Of a stretch of DNA of 64,000 nt, positions 14,261 through 30,621 are shown one piece after another. Both the position numbers and the translations under genes were made by a program. How positions within the stretch are numbered: position 1 is the first letter of the stretch; each line of letters starts with the position of its first letter. Origin of the DNA: Eledone cirrhosa. Its lineage: Eukaryota. Below the pieces are notes generated by a model that worked only from the letters and a program-made list of their open reading frames with translations, ran no database searches and was not told where the DNA came from. The stretch spans positions 102,734,001 to 102,798,000 of the forward strand of contig OZ024743.1 of assembly GCA_964016885.1 (NCBI GenBank), read 5' to 3'.

Positions 14261-15237
14261 TATATAGTATATAAATTCTGAACAAGTTTTCAGGACTATT
14301 ATAATTAATTAGGACAACTGGGATTCCGCCTCAAAAGATTATCCAAATTAAATATAAAACATGTATATAGTATTTATAAAATATGCAGATTTTAGGATAA
14401 AGTTGTGTTTTTTTTATGTATTAGTTTATTACTAGTAAACCAGGTTTTATAAGTTATTTATAACTTTATAACGTTACTTTTAACACGCCAACACCACGCA
14501 TGCGTGATAAGAACAAATAATTCGATTCATTTTTCGTTTTAGTAGTTTATCTGTCGAGGAGAACTACCTATATAGACTTCCACCTCCATACTTACTTATC
14601 CGTAACCCAGCCACATACCTACCTACGAATCGACCTATCTATGTATTTGTATGTAGCTATGACTTTATCTATCTTCATTTTTGTTCTTCTCGTGTTCTTT
14701 TTTTATTGTTATTAGTATAAGTTGTGGAATGTAAGTGCATACATAGTTGAAGTTGGATCAATTAAATTATACTTTGAATCTATCACTGCCATCAATCGAC
14801 CAATCAACTGATCGATGTAGGTTTTGTAGTTTACATTAAGTAGAGATTTTCATATTGTAGAAATGTTGCTGCTTTTTTCTTATTATTTATTCGAATAGCT
14901 AAATCAATGAAAAGTAGTAAGAAAAGTTGTATAAATCAGCTTCTACAATGATTGGCTTCAAAATGTAATTGTGAAGACAATAATGTTATAATGATGAATG
15001 TATGTCATTTTTTTAGAATAACATAACATTCCCCTTACCACCACCACCACCATCGCCACATTTTCCGGCTCCCCTCTTTCACTCACTGAGCTTGTTTCGA
15101 ACCGAGGCTATGGTACGAGGCACTTGACCAAGTTGCGAAGCAAGACGAAACCAGAACATCATGATTACAAAATCTGGTAACAGAATCTGAGATGTTGGCA
15201 GTAGCTGGTGTTTATGTATATATATATAAATAAATAT

Positions 15238-15272
<35 letters not shown>

Positions 15273-15273
15273 A

Positions 15274-15422
<149 letters not shown>

Positions 15423-15524
15423 GCAGAAAGATCCATGATCCCCAGCAGTAAGCTGATGAAGGAAACTTTTCTCCCGTTCATGCTTTACTCTTATTTATAA
15501 GTACATCTTATCCACCAACTAGAC

Positions 15525-17848
15525 AGACCGGAGGTTTATATCGTGACGATATGTTGCTTTTAACTGAAAACCATAGCAATAGGGAAATTAATAGGAAAAG
15601 AAAATCCATAATACAATTTTTCAACAACTACAATCTTAAGTTAGAAATAGAGAATAACTACAAAATCGTTAACTTCTTAGATGTAACTTTAAACCTTAGC
15701 GCAGGTCTTTACTATCCTTTTCATAAAATTAACGAAAATCTAAATTATGTAAGTTTCAATTCTAATCATCTTAGAATTATTAAAAACATTATTGTCAATA
15801 GCGTCCAACAACTGATTTCACGCATCTCCGCTAATAAAAATATTTTTGATGATAAGGCTGAATATTATAATGAAGCTTTACATAGAGCAGGATACTCAAA
15901 TAGAATTAAATACATAGATAACAATAACATGACATAGCATCCTAGTATTAACTTAGACACTAAACAAAACAAAAAACTAGAACTAGAAATAATATTTGAT
16001 ACATTCCCCCATTCTCATTAAGCGTTAAAACACCTTTAGCAAACCTATTCTTTAAAGCACTAGATAAATGTTTTCCTAAAGCCCACAGATACTACTCTAT
16101 TTTTAACAGACACACTATAAAACTATCCTACTCTACTACTATGAACATAGCACAAAATATAAATAGAATTAATAATAGAAACTTAAATTTAAACCCTAAC
16201 CAAACTAACCAAAATAGCAATAATAATATATCTAACAACAATATTCAGAATAATGGAACCGTTCTGAACAACAATAACTCTAGTAAATGTAACTGTAGAA
16301 TCAAATAAAACTGCCCTTTACAAAATAATTGTTTATACAAAAACATAGTTTATAAATGCACAGTTAAAACTATCGACAAAATATTTAACTATGGTGGTAC
16401 CACTTCAACAAAATTTAAAGAACGCTGGAATAACCATAATCATACATTTAGGATATCTGATAAAAAATCTTCTACTTCACTTTCACATCTAATCTGGGAT
16501 TTAAAAGACAACAATATAGACTATTCAATATCTTGGAGAACGATTTCAAAAGCACCTGCATACCAAAATACGGCTTTATCAAGATTCTGTAAATTGTGTA
16601 TCGAAGAAATTTTTTATATAATTAACTGTCAAAACTCTATTAATCTCAGAACAGAATTATTTTCTTCTTGCAAACACCGCCAAAATTCCACGTTCAAAAC
16701 TATCTTTAATTTATAATATGCCTATACACCTTCAAAATGATCCTACTTCTTTTTTAATTTAAATGTAAATTGTTTATGATATTTTAATATTTTTTAATAT
16801 TTTTAATATTTCATATTTAATATTTTCAATATTTCATTTTAATTTCCTATATTATTTTAATTCTGACATTATTTTTAATTCCGACATTATTTTGTAAGGA
16901 CACCTCTATAAATATATTTTTAAATGTAGATTGATAATCTTTAAATGACATTCTGAAAATTTATCCTCTTTACTATAGTTCTTCGAAAAACACATTACAT
17001 TTTTCCTCTCTCTTTTTATTATTCAAACATTCACACATCTTTCGATTAAAATAATGGATCTCACAGAAAATAATATATAATTTTCTCTAATTTAATGGTT
17101 AACAAACAAAATTGGAGTTATCTTTCCTTTCTCAATCGTGCAAACATAAACATATTATGTTTGATTATCTGTGTTTGATTAACAATATTTTGAAAACATT
17201 TTCAATTTGTTGAACAACATTTTTGAATCCACATATTGTTCTACTCTCACAAGTTGAGCCACCTATTTTTTAAGTAAAAATACAAATTCAACAACCTTCG
17301 TAGAAATTCAACATCCTTCGTAACTCATATTTGATATATAAACAACTAATATATATAGAGAGATATTTATATACATATAACCTATCCTAATGTAATAGGA
17401 CAAAAATACTTACAACCATAATTCTTCATATAATATAATTGATTATATTTACAATATTATAACTCATAATATAGGTAAATAAATCTTTTTCCCCAAATTA
17501 ACGTAAATGCTAGCTCTTCTTCCTGTCTCTTCTTTCCTGCGCATACAATAACTTATCATAATTATTTTAATTTTCCATAGCGTCTAAAATAACGGTTTTT
17601 TCAGCTCTTTTACCTAAACGTCATTTGCATACTCATCTTAATAATTTGAAATATCTGACTTTTCTCATCTTTTCCCTTCACTATCCAGGGGTAACTTGAA
17701 CCGTTAAGGTATATTCTCCTTGGTTATGTCAAAATTTATAAAACACACTTCGTATTTTATCTGATGATAGCGTACCAAAATGTTGGTACACTTGAAATAT
17801 ATATAATAGAATAAATATGCTTTTATAAATATAGTTTCCATTTATTTA

Positions 17849-17850
<2 letters not shown>
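15525..17850 (+). mobile_element. 5'-truncated Penelope-like element (RT, GIY-YIG endonuclease and LTR), pseudogenised
   Basis: GLYRDD (RT), VNFLDVTLNL, CNCRIK*NCPLQNNCLYKNIVYKC, YGGTTSTKFKERWNNH, CKLCIEE..INLRTELFSSCKH. Coding ends at about 16716, followed by an AT-rich 3' region ending in a hammerhead LTR and (TA)n. Confidence 0.85.
17753..17813 (+). ncRNA. Minimal type-I hammerhead ribozyme in the PLE 3' LTR (family A)
   Basis: tattttat-CTGATGA-tagcgtaccaa-aatg-ttggtacactt-GAAA-tatata-TA-atagaata. Confidence 0.8.
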
Positions 17851-17933
<83 letters not shown>

Positions 17934-17944
17934 TATATATATAT

Positions 17945-18240
17945 GAATATATATAAAGAAAAAAAGATGTAATCGAAAATGCATATATATATATTTATTT
18001 GGTTCCTTTACCGGTTTCGCAGTTCTTCTGATTTTCAAAAGTAAAGTTGAGATGGAGGGTCTGTGGTTTTTCTCACATCAGATGAGAGAAAAACCACAGA
18101 CCCTCCATCTCAACTCTACTTTTGAAAAGCAGAAGAAGTAAAGGTAAAGGAACCAGTAAAGAAACCAGATAAATATATATATATTTTTTAAAATAAGACT
18201 CTAGTTGCATTTTCGATTTCATCTTTTTTTCTTCATACTT
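17945..18240. repeat. Foldback cassette between (TA)n tracts
   Basis: Near-perfect hairpin of about 52 bp at 18025-18138, with outer arms imperfect. The minus strand carries a hammerhead 3' half (GAAA-ccgg-TA). Confidence 0.75.
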
Positions 18241-18302
18241 TCACTCGGGTAGGACGCCTCGGTTATTTCTCATTTTATAAAAAAACCCTCACTTTCTAAT
18301 AA

Positions 18303-18390
<88 letters not shown>

Positions 18391-18477
18391 ATAATAATAA
18401 ATTTGAAGACTAAAATCCAAAGAGGGCTTGATAAGGATAAATATATATCAAATATATAAGAACCATAGAGCAAATAT

Positions 18478-19104
18478 TTATTAAAATAACAGATTAAAGT
18501 TTAAACGCATACACACACACGCATATTTATATGTGCGTGGTTTTGTTTACCTATGGTAAGTTTTTGCGTATGCTTGTGTATCTACGTATTTGTTTGCGTG
18601 TATGTATTTATTTATTTCTATTACTTCTGTATTGTATTTATTTACTTTGTTCTTATCTCTGTAGCGGAGATTCATTCGGTTTCCTAGTTAGAATTTAGTC
18701 TACGACTTCTGCTATACCATTTACGTGGTTTTGTCTTTGTGTGCTATTGTTCTCCACGCTCCACATATGACGTATTATCTTCGTTTTTTTCGTTCATTGC
18801 CAGAAAACGTCTATATGCACCACCTAAGAGAACATTAGTCTACGACCTCCTTTATACCATAAACGTGGTTCTGTCTTTGCGCGTAATTGTTTTTCACCGC
18901 TCCTATTAATGACGTATTATATTCGTTTTTTCCCGTTCTTTGCCAGCGAACGTTTCCAGAACCAAAGTATCGTCTTCCTGTCTTCCTCTGGTTGCAACGT
19001 TTTTTTAAATATCCAGTTCTGCGTTTAGAGATTGGCTTTGTTAGTTTCAGAAGATCCCGTTAAGGGTGAAAGCAGCGATTCTTTGCTTAAACTTTAAACT
19101 GTTA

Positions 19105-19110
<6 letters not shown>
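18478..19110. mobile_element. Element with inverted termini and an internal 140-bp tandem duplication
   Basis: ttaaaataacagattaaagtttaa at the left end and a near reverse complement at the right end. Tandem copies at 18697-18836 and 18837-18970. The terminus recurs at 19157, 32490 and 56587. Confidence 0.65.
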
Positions 19111-19162
<52 letters not shown>

Positions 19163-19275
19163 TAACAGATTAAAGTTTAAGCAAATATATATATATATAT
19201 ATATATAAATATATATATAAATATACTGGAATTGAATAATCAAGACCGTAGCGGTATGTCATATATCGAATCATA

Positions 19276-19341
19276 TATGTTGTCTGATGAGGACGTACTG
19301 AAAAGACAACACAGTACCTTTGAAATATATATAATAAAGTA
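19276..19341 (+). ncRNA. Minimal type-I hammerhead ribozyme (family B)
   Basis: tatgttgt-CTGATGA-ggacgtactg...cagtaccttt-GAAA-tatata-TA-ataaagta. Confidence 0.7.
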
Positions 19342-19486
19342 TATATTCTGATTATGAGAATATTTTTCATTTGTTAATATTTTGAATAATATTAAAAACT
19401 CCAGGAAACTGTGCTGTTGAGTGCTTCTAATCTATTGTAAATATTGTATCCATTGAGTAATCAACGAACCATACTAATCTTTGGTT

Positions 19487-19528
<42 letters not shown>

Positions 19529-19568
19529 ATATATATATAGTTATGTAATAAACAACATAAGGCAATTA

Positions 19569-19628
19569 TTCCATTTACAAGTAGTTTCTTAAAAGCAAAA
19601 AATGTTGCTTTCTATCATCAGAATGAAA
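19569..19628 (-). ncRNA. Minimal type-I hammerhead ribozyme
   Basis: Minus strand reads tttcatt-CTGATGA-tagaaagcaa..ttgcttttaa-GAAA-ctacttg-TA-aatggaa. Stem I is 7 bp. Confidence 0.75.
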
Positions 19629-19696
19629 AAATCCTGGTGTATTTATTGATACCTACATAGAGCACTCTTTTTCCTGGACTTTTCCGACGGAATTAC

Positions 19697-21850
<2,154 letters not shown>

Positions 21851-23197
21851 TAATACCTTAACACTTCACACAAAGTAACATATTTCGTTTTAATATTATA
21901 GCTAAGCATTGTTACATTGGAATTTCACCTTTGCACTCACAAGACAATTCACCATTTATAATGTGATGTGTCAGTTTATGAAGCGCGATCCCATATACTT
22001 ATAAAGCAAAGGTATTACATTATGCTATAGCTGTAGGATGGGGGAAACATTCAGAAATTCGAGTTCGTCTCTCACTGGCGTTTTTGTCCACTTTTTCCCG
22101 TCTTAATGCTTCATCTACTCAACTTAATCGGCTATTTTATAGTCAATTCTGCATTGCAGCACCTTACTTAAAGCTAACATATTTTCGATATTTAAAATTG
22201 CTCAACGCTTAGTAAAACAAGATGTTGCGCTTTAGTCTCAAAATTAGTTGTTGAAAGTATTTATGAATTGTTAACGATATCTAACAGCGTGAAAGGATAA
22301 TAACAGTGTAATATATTATGTTAACTTTCATACTAAATTTGTTTATCATGTCATAACTTTTTCTCGCCACAGGATTGGGCCTCCGTCTGTTTGTAGGATG
22401 AGTTTTCTAGTTGTTCGATCAATGAATTATTGCTTTCATAGATCCGAAAATGGTGAAACAAGTCAAGCATCAACACAATCAAAAATTAATTCCAACACCG
22501 AGTTAATCTGATTAGAATTCATATGTAGTTGTTTCTAGTATCTAAAACGACTGAATGTCGATCAGAGAATCTTATATTCATATATTTAAGTTCAATGAAC
22601 ATTCGTGTAGGAAAACTACATCAACTAAATTATTTTTAAAAATCGATATTTGTACCTCTGGCAGTTTCGAGGATGTGTTCTAATTTTTCTATCATGAAAT
22701 TATCATAAAAGTGCCTGAGCATTACATAGACACGTGTAACCTTAACATAATTCTCAGAAAATTGGCCTTTCGAATTAAAGGTATTGTCAATCTGACGAGC
22801 TTCCACGCAATTTCCGTCTACCCAATTCTATTCACAACTGAAGATGATATGTAATGATTGTCAAGCAAACTTCTTAATCATTCAGCCATTCTGTGTCAAC
22901 AAAGCAAGACTGTTAAAGGAAATGAAAGATAGAATAATATTATAATCGATGCTTATGATGAAGATGAATTTATAAATTTTATACGTTTTTAATTATTACA
23001 TCATCGTAAATGTTTATGGAAAGGTAGTTCCTTTCTGTATTTAATCGGATTTTTTACCAACTGATTGTAGGTTTGGTTTGTAATTTTCTATTCTTCCTCT
23101 CTTACATTTGTGACTTTGTATTAATAGGAAAAATCATAATTTATACACCTGGTTGCATTATTATGTTGTAGATTCAATTATTATTATTATTGCTGCT

Positions 23198-23495
23198 AGG
23201 TGAATGATCCGAGTGAATGGCGTATATTCTGAGCATGCACTGGTAAACTGGATATTTCACATAGGAGAGTGGCGCTTTCCTATGCTGCTATTGGTGGTTC
23301 GGGAGTTCGGATCTGTATGGTTCCTAAAGTACCTCTGGGTAGTGTTCCCCACTAATGGAGAATACTGTTGTTTTAAATTTATTGTTATTTTGTTACCCGT
23401 TTTCTTTGTTTACGCGTTTGATTATATGTAAAGCCCCACCATCCCTGGCCCTTTGTATTGTCCTTTCTTTATCGTCCTAGTGGCCAGTAAAAAAG
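23198..23495 (+). mobile_element. Old 5'-truncated L1/Tx1 3' end
   Basis: Aligns by eye with 47730-48040 (end of ORF2, ggagag.gg.gc, tgtaaa.cccc, tgtggcca.taaa). Confidence 0.6.
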
Positions 23496-24828
23496 ACGTA
23501 TTTCGGTTGTTAGAGATGCTAATGTATAATGCAGCTCAATTAAACTGCTCTTCTCTAAATTAATGTTAGGGAAATAGATAAACTACCAGGACTACCACTT
23601 GTAATCGAGTATGGCTTGATATTATATATCATGCTTTCGCTGTCTCTGATTCCCATGCAGTCAAGAGTAGACACATACACGCTCTCGATTTTCCTTCTTA
23701 AAACGAGCGGAACATCCTGGATGTTACAAAATGAGGGACAGAGAGCGGGTTCTTTCTTTAACGATTCTGCAAATATGAAAAACATAGTGTAGATTAGCGA
23801 GATTTCGGATCAGAATTCAGACATCCATTGCTCTAACAACTCTGCCAAGTTAACCAACTAAGGGAAACGGATAGAAGCTAGGGATTAAACAATCCGTATT
23901 CTTTTATTACTATTTTAGTCGTCGGTCAGGGAAGAAAGTGAAGTACACTTTTCAAGGTCTTTGAAGATGTTGGGAAGGAGGAAAATAGCCTTAACACGTA
24001 AACCTGTCCCGAACATTGGCATCGATTTTGACCACCACAAAAATCAGTAAAGGTCAGGTTCTGGTGTTGAAAAGGTGATTTATGAAGATTACCACTGAAG
24101 TAAGCCATGGCCGGTTTTGAACTCTGAACGCAAAGAGCCAAAACAAGAACCTCAAAGCCTCCTATCCAACGTTCCGACCATTCTATTAGTCGATCGTCAT
24201 GGACTAATAATTTATTATATTATATTACAGATACATATTCTTGCATTCCAATAAAACGAAGACATATAAATTGATTTTTAGTAAAACATGAAGCTGATAC
24301 AGTAATTTGTCTGGACCTCTATTTTTCACAATCTATACCAAATCTATTGACCTAATAAAATTTAATATATATTGATTGCTAGCAGAAGTACCACCTTCTG
24401 GGCAGTTTTCTGCTAATGTACGTATGTGTGTGTGTTGTGTTTTCTAATGTTTCTGTTATCATATATAAATTTACGAATGATTCGAGCAAGCACCGACATA
24501 TTTCGACTAGCGGTTTATTATATTTAAGACAACGATGTTTATTTTCTAAAAAAAGAAAAACGGCGACCGCATTCCCAACTTAATTATGAACCATAATTCA
24601 TGTTGTCCACTTCATTCCTTTCGATGAGATTCAAACTCGCACAAATTTTCAAATACAACTTTTTTTTATCCCCTCTAGGGTATCACGTAGCCTCTATACT
24701 AAGAGAAGGCTGTGTATCAAATCGCTTATAATTAAAATGTTAAACTTCTTTTATGAGGTCTTTTATTTCTATGTTAATATTCTCCAGTTTCAAAACCTTT
24801 CAATTTTAAATACTGCCCATACAGCAAG

Positions 24829-24985
24829 GAAGGCGGAGACTTGACAGTCGTCAGAAAGTCGGATAGCTTGCTGTACGGAATTCGTTCCGGCTCACTGCAT
24901 TCTGAGTTCAAATCAAATCCTGCTACAGTCACTTTTGCTTTTGATACTTCCGAGATCGAGAAAAATAAAATACTGTTGTCGATAT
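24829..24985 (+). mobile_element. tRNA-derived SINE (decayed)
   Basis: ttctgagttcaaatc B box plus decayed core. Confidence 0.55.
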
Positions 24986-26439
24986 TTCCACGATATCTCT
25001 TTCTCACTTTCTCACCTTCACTCTTTCTTCACTGGAAATAATCGGCTGTGTTCAGAGCTGAAGAGAGATGGGCTCTGTCCGATTAAAAGTGCCCAAGATA
25101 CACCGTATGGTATGACGGCGCCTCTCCAATTCTATCAGGAGGTACGGTGCCACACAGCACGCATACATACACCATAAGCTGTATCTTCCGATTGTAACCT
25201 GACTTAATACATTATTGGAATGAATCAAGTGTAAGATTGAAAGTTAATTAACTACACCTTGAGTAATATTATACAATATATAAAGCACTCTATTTTGATA
25301 TATTGCTAATTAATTCCCACGATCCTTTCATATGAAACTTAGAGTATGTGTGGAAAACATCAATATGCACGGAAAAATGTATGCAGAAGTATAATTTTTC
25401 TTGTTATAATGTATGATGATTAGACATGTGATTGTAAAAATCATTATATAAATCGTTAACTACCATGGGGTTATTAATAACCCGTATTTAATTATGGTTG
25501 TATTTTGAAGACATGTAATTGGCGTAATTAGCTAGTTGAACCCACCAGCTAATTATAAATTCTTGTTAGCTTTAGACTGCTATAAAAACACATTTCATCT
25601 AAAAATAATTTGAAATTTGGAACCTAAATGAGTATTGGTGTCTTTTAATAATTTGAATGTATGATGTTTATCAGTGGACAAAATAATTGCTAATCACATA
25701 GAGATTATTAATTATGGATATCTAACACATAATCCTTCCAAAATCATGAGATATTGATATATTTGAAGTGTTATTATAAAACTAGAAATGACAATAGATA
25801 CATCATTTTCATATTCATTCGTACCATTAAAAACACGTTAATTTTATTATCCATATTTATTATATTATAAACATGCCATCGTCGCTTTGAATTACGATGA
25901 CATGTGAAGTGTCAAATACCATTGAAACAAAATGAATGCTAGTGCTAACCATTGAAATGAATACCTTAAACGATATACGCCTATTTCAGGTGTAAATTAT
26001 TGATGTGTCGCGACTATAAAGCCTCAAGAATCTGTCTCAACAAGGCTTAATTCTAATATAATTTTTGCAATATCCAATACTAATTCCTCTGAATTCCTTT
26101 TTATAGGTACCAACCATCCAATAAATTAACATAAAGATATAAAATATAACTATTACTTTTAATATAACCAATTAGTGTTAACTAGCCTCAATATTTAAGC
26201 AAATTCTGTCCAACGTTTTAAATTGTATTAACTAGAAGTATATTGCGACGTTAATTGATCTGATTTAATTTCTAGATGTACTTATTTGTACTTATTTTTA
26301 ATAAACAGATTTACCTCTTCATATATATAATTATAGTTTGTACGCTTGTATTTATTGTTGGTTGTATATCACTTTAATTGATTTTGCTTTCTGTCGAATA
26401 CGTTTCTATTTATATATTTATTTACTAATATATTTACAG

Positions 26440-26590
26440 AGACGGCAAGTTAGATGCATATCTCGGAGATTACCCGATATTGGATTATGCACGAGCGAAA
26501 CTAGATCCAAATTGTCAACTAAAACTTGTTGGGCAGACATACGGGGAAGATGGTTACGGTATAGGGCTACCAAAAAATTCCACTATACGT
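26440..26590 (+). CDS. Exon of an NMDA-type (GluN3-like) ionotropic glutamate receptor, S2 ligand-binding segment
   Basis: tttacag acceptor and gtaagt donor. Encodes DGKLDAYLGDYPILDYARAKLDPNCQLKLVGQTYGEDGYGIGLPKNSTIR, compared with GluN3A [34 protein letters not shown] as recalled. Ends in phase 0. Confidence 0.9.
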
Positions 26591-27249
26591 GTAAGTATTT
26601 CTATACTATTTATCACAACCTTTTATACTAGACAAAGTAATCATGTTTAAAATTGGTTTGGATCCAGCCTCGATCGTGGTAACGATACGCACCTGGATGA
26701 GATAAGCCTCACCCCGTTCAAGGGAAATAACTCTCTAATCTGGGACTTTTTGATTCGGCCATAAACCCGGGTACTACCCCACGTAATAAGGGGCGGAAGA
26801 TAGTCAAACACCAGGACTTGACCAGTCGCCTTTTTTTTCTTGCCAGTCAATGTCTAGACCGCTGATATATTCTAGCTCCGAACTACCGTTTTCCTCTACA
26901 AAATGTGTATCCCACATAAGGAAAGAACATTCTGAGGGAGAATGACTGATATAGAGGGTGCTTTTGCTATTTTGTTCGCGAGGTGCAGCTCAGATATACC
27001 ATCTGGACTGGGTTTCTGATTGTGCCGCCATCACCACATTTTACTTTAATTTCGCTATTTAATGTTTCCTTTTTATAATGCAAACATTATATATTTTGGA
27101 ATATATTGAACAATGATTGTGCCATTTTGTTAAATGAATTCTATTTTCCATTGGAATTTATCAGTATCTCTTTCTAAAGATTCGAAATTTATAACAATAA
27201 TTTAAAAACTTACAAGATAAGCCATAAACAAACCCTTACGCGCCAAAAG

Positions 27250-27292
27250 CACCACCGCCACCGCCATCTCTACCACCACCACCACCACCACC

Positions 27293-27361
<69 letters not shown>

Positions 27362-27380
27362 GCTGCTGCTGCTGATACTG

Positions 27381-27426
<46 letters not shown>

Positions 27427-27435
27427 CTATACTAT
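27250..27435. repeat. Compound trinucleotide microsatellite (CCA)n(CTA)n(CTG)n(CTA)n
   Basis: Read directly from the sequence. Confidence 0.95.
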
Positions 27436-27892
27436 GTTCAGATATCGATACATATTAAATGTGTAACGATCATGTTTCTCAATAAAAAGCTCAATGAACC
27501 TTAGTTGGGAGCATCATTTATACAAGTTTAAACGATATATATATCGAGAGAGAGAGAGGAAAGGGCCTATATCTTTTGAGAAACATAGCATATTGTACAC
27601 ATATATAGATAAAATAATATGTAGGAAAATAAACATACTTTAAGGCGGTACTAAATAAATAGATCTCTACGTGGTCGTTTCGTAAATAAAGAACGACGCA
27701 AATTATTGATATAACTAATGGATTTTCGATTATCAACAATCGAGTTTGGTAATACATCTACGACGGGATGTACTCAACAGTGGAGATTGCCGTGATATAT
27801 GTCTCACCCTGTACATAATACTGTATATCTGACCAGAGTAAGGATTTTAAATGCCATTGACATGTTAAACAGTGTTATGACACCATTGCCTA

Positions 27893-28070
27893 CTTTTCGC
27901 ACAAGGCCAGCAATTAACCAGTGCATTACTGTTACTTTATTTTATCGAACTCGTAAGGAAGAAAGGCAAAGTTAACCTCGGCGGGATTTGAACTCAGAAT
28001 GGCAAGGGCCATAACTCTATGCTGGAAAACATAGTGTCCGACCCTATATTGATACTGCCAATCCACTGTC
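27893..28070 (-). mobile_element. tRNA-derived SINE
   Basis: Reverse complement matches 29583-29770. Confidence 0.75.
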
Positions 28071-29582
28071 TTATTACTATATACTTCATTATTGTATCAA
28101 AACTCCAACATACACGGACATGCATAATCCCATATCATACCGATGTCGAGTGCTTGATGGGGGCCTTCACTAGTCGTTATTGATCGGTGCTGTGCTGCGA
28201 AACTAATCACTGATTAATCAACATGAAATAATTACAACTTCACAACTTCTTATACATATATAAAATGGGAAAATATTCAAGGATTCACATTACACATAAA
28301 CATTAACTTATATTACCCAGATGCAATTTATACACGCCCTCGCAGACACACATACACACACAAATAAATATATTCAAGATTGCTAACTCAACATATATAT
28401 TTCTATGTATACATACCTACTTATACATATTCATTCCCCCATCTTTACACTACATGTTCTTGTGACGTATATACATACTCCTGTTTCTTACTATAGGCGC
28501 ACATACCTGTATGCAGACATACTCACACACTGACACGACAATATCCACACGCATACAAACACACACATATATATATATATAGACATTCTCACTCATTTCA
28601 AAATTGCATAATATTACAATAATCCTACCAACCATTACTTTCAAGACGTGTGACGGCATTCACGACTGATTGATTTATTATTATAAGAAAATGTTCAGAC
28701 ATATATATTTGCAGTTTAGCGCTGTATCGCTTATTACAGACATATACAACTTTTATAAAATAACGTTAAATTTAGAGGGATGCTGCTTGTCGTTTATCGA
28801 ATATGCTAGTATATATGAGATTCTTTATATAAACAGATGTTGAAAATTACTCGACACGTGTCTATTCATTAAATCTTCCAACAATTTGAATTATGTTTCA
28901 CAGAAAAAAAAAATCTTAGATGCACGTAATTCTTATAGTTAGCTAAATTCTCTGCTTATGTGTTGCATAGAAAAATATTCACAATTCATTCAGAACGTTT
29001 TGCATGGTGCTAAATATATCAATACACTATAGTAGTTATGATACTGTCGATTACATGTGAAACAATTCTTTCTCATCGGCTGTCTACGGCATGCTTTTGT
29101 AGTTTCCGCTCATTCATATATAATTACTTAAATATAATTAGTGGGTATGTTTCATTCTATTCGTTGCCATATTTTTGATAATTTTACAGTATAAATAGGC
29201 ATTGAACATGAAAGCATATAAATTTAATTATCTCTGTATACTTCAACTAGTACCTAATTTGATGCTAAATTGTAATAATCTATCAGTAGTCTCCCATATG
29301 TAAATATAGTATATGATACTGATACATTATTAAGAATTTATATTAATTTATTTGATATCGCATCTTATCTCCTTTAGGTTTGACCATAGTATTTTATATT
29401 TCACTATTTCAATATAATGTATTAATTTTCTTAAATATCTCACATACATAAAACTCATTACCACATATGAGATAAATATTCTTTAGATATGTATAAATGA
29501 TTAACATTAAAGTACCAGTAATGCACTGGGTAATTGCTGGCCTTGTGCCTAAAGTAGAAACAATTAATATTTAGATAACACG

Positions 29583-29770
29583 ACAGGTGGATTGGCAGTA
29601 TCGGTAGAGGGTCGGGCGCCATGCTTTGACGTATAGAGTTACGGCCCTTGCCATTCTGAGTTCAAATCCCGCCGAGGTTAGCTTTACCTTTCATCCTTAC
29701 GGGGTCGATAAAATAAAGTACCAGTAATATGCTGGGTATTTGCTGGCCTTGTGCCAAAAGTAGAAACAAT
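29583..29770 (+). mobile_element. tRNA-derived SINE with target-site duplication
   Basis: A box tggcagtatcgg, B box gagttcaaatcc, core cctttcatccttacggggtcgataaaataaagtaccag (Meta/MESC-like). aatatttagataacac flanks both sides. Confidence 0.85.
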
Positions 29771-30443
29771 TAATATTTAGATAACACAAAATTAAAAGTT
29801 AATTTTGTAACTCTAACACCGATATAACCACTCAAATTACAACCCTTGTTTAGTACCTTCACCATAATATTCTGAAATACGTAAATATTTGTTTATTTAT
29901 ATTAATATATTCTTTTCACACCAAGGTTAAATATTATTGATTATTTAATAATTAGAATAGTCGTTATAACATCTCTGCAACAACTTAAACATTAAAATAT
30001 ACATATTCACTCCATATAATTTCATATTTCCAGATATAATGTTAAGCCTGCAGTAAATATCTTTCAACTTTTACCTTGTTACATTCGATGGATTCTTTTT
30101 ACAAACAATGAATATTATTTTCATAAAACTCTTTAACTTCCAATTCATAATTGGAAAGTTACTATTCTACCAAATAACATTTAACAGCTGACAAACTGTT
30201 ATTTGACCTACGACTTAATTAGATAAGTGATTTATATTATCGGTTGCTCTTAAATGATTTAAATTGATATTTTATTAATCGTTTCGGATTTTAATTAAAC
30301 TCCGATGATTCCTATAGTTTATGCTAACTAATCGCAAATTGTTAAACAAAGTAATTTGCTGTCGGTGGTATATTCCTATGGAAAGAAACAATTGTCAAGG
30401 ATTAAATGTCTTGAATTTATAATTTTGGTTTATAAGCACATTG

Positions 30444-30492
<49 letters not shown>

Positions 30493-30621
30493 GTGTGTGT
30501 GTGTGTGTCTGTGTGTGTGTGCGTGTGTATGTGTGTATATATATATATATATATAAATATGTATATGTATATGTATGTATATATATGTATATATATCTAT
30601 ATATATATATATATATATATA

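Noticed and set aside
19040-19090. CAGAAGA-ccc/ggg-GAAA hammerhead-like string (also at 32525-32555, minus strand)
   Set aside because: The core is CAG rather than CTG in both copies, and no stem I or NUH can be formed.
29585-29675. tRNA gene
   Set aside because: The A and B boxes belong to a SINE head, and there is no complete cloverleaf.
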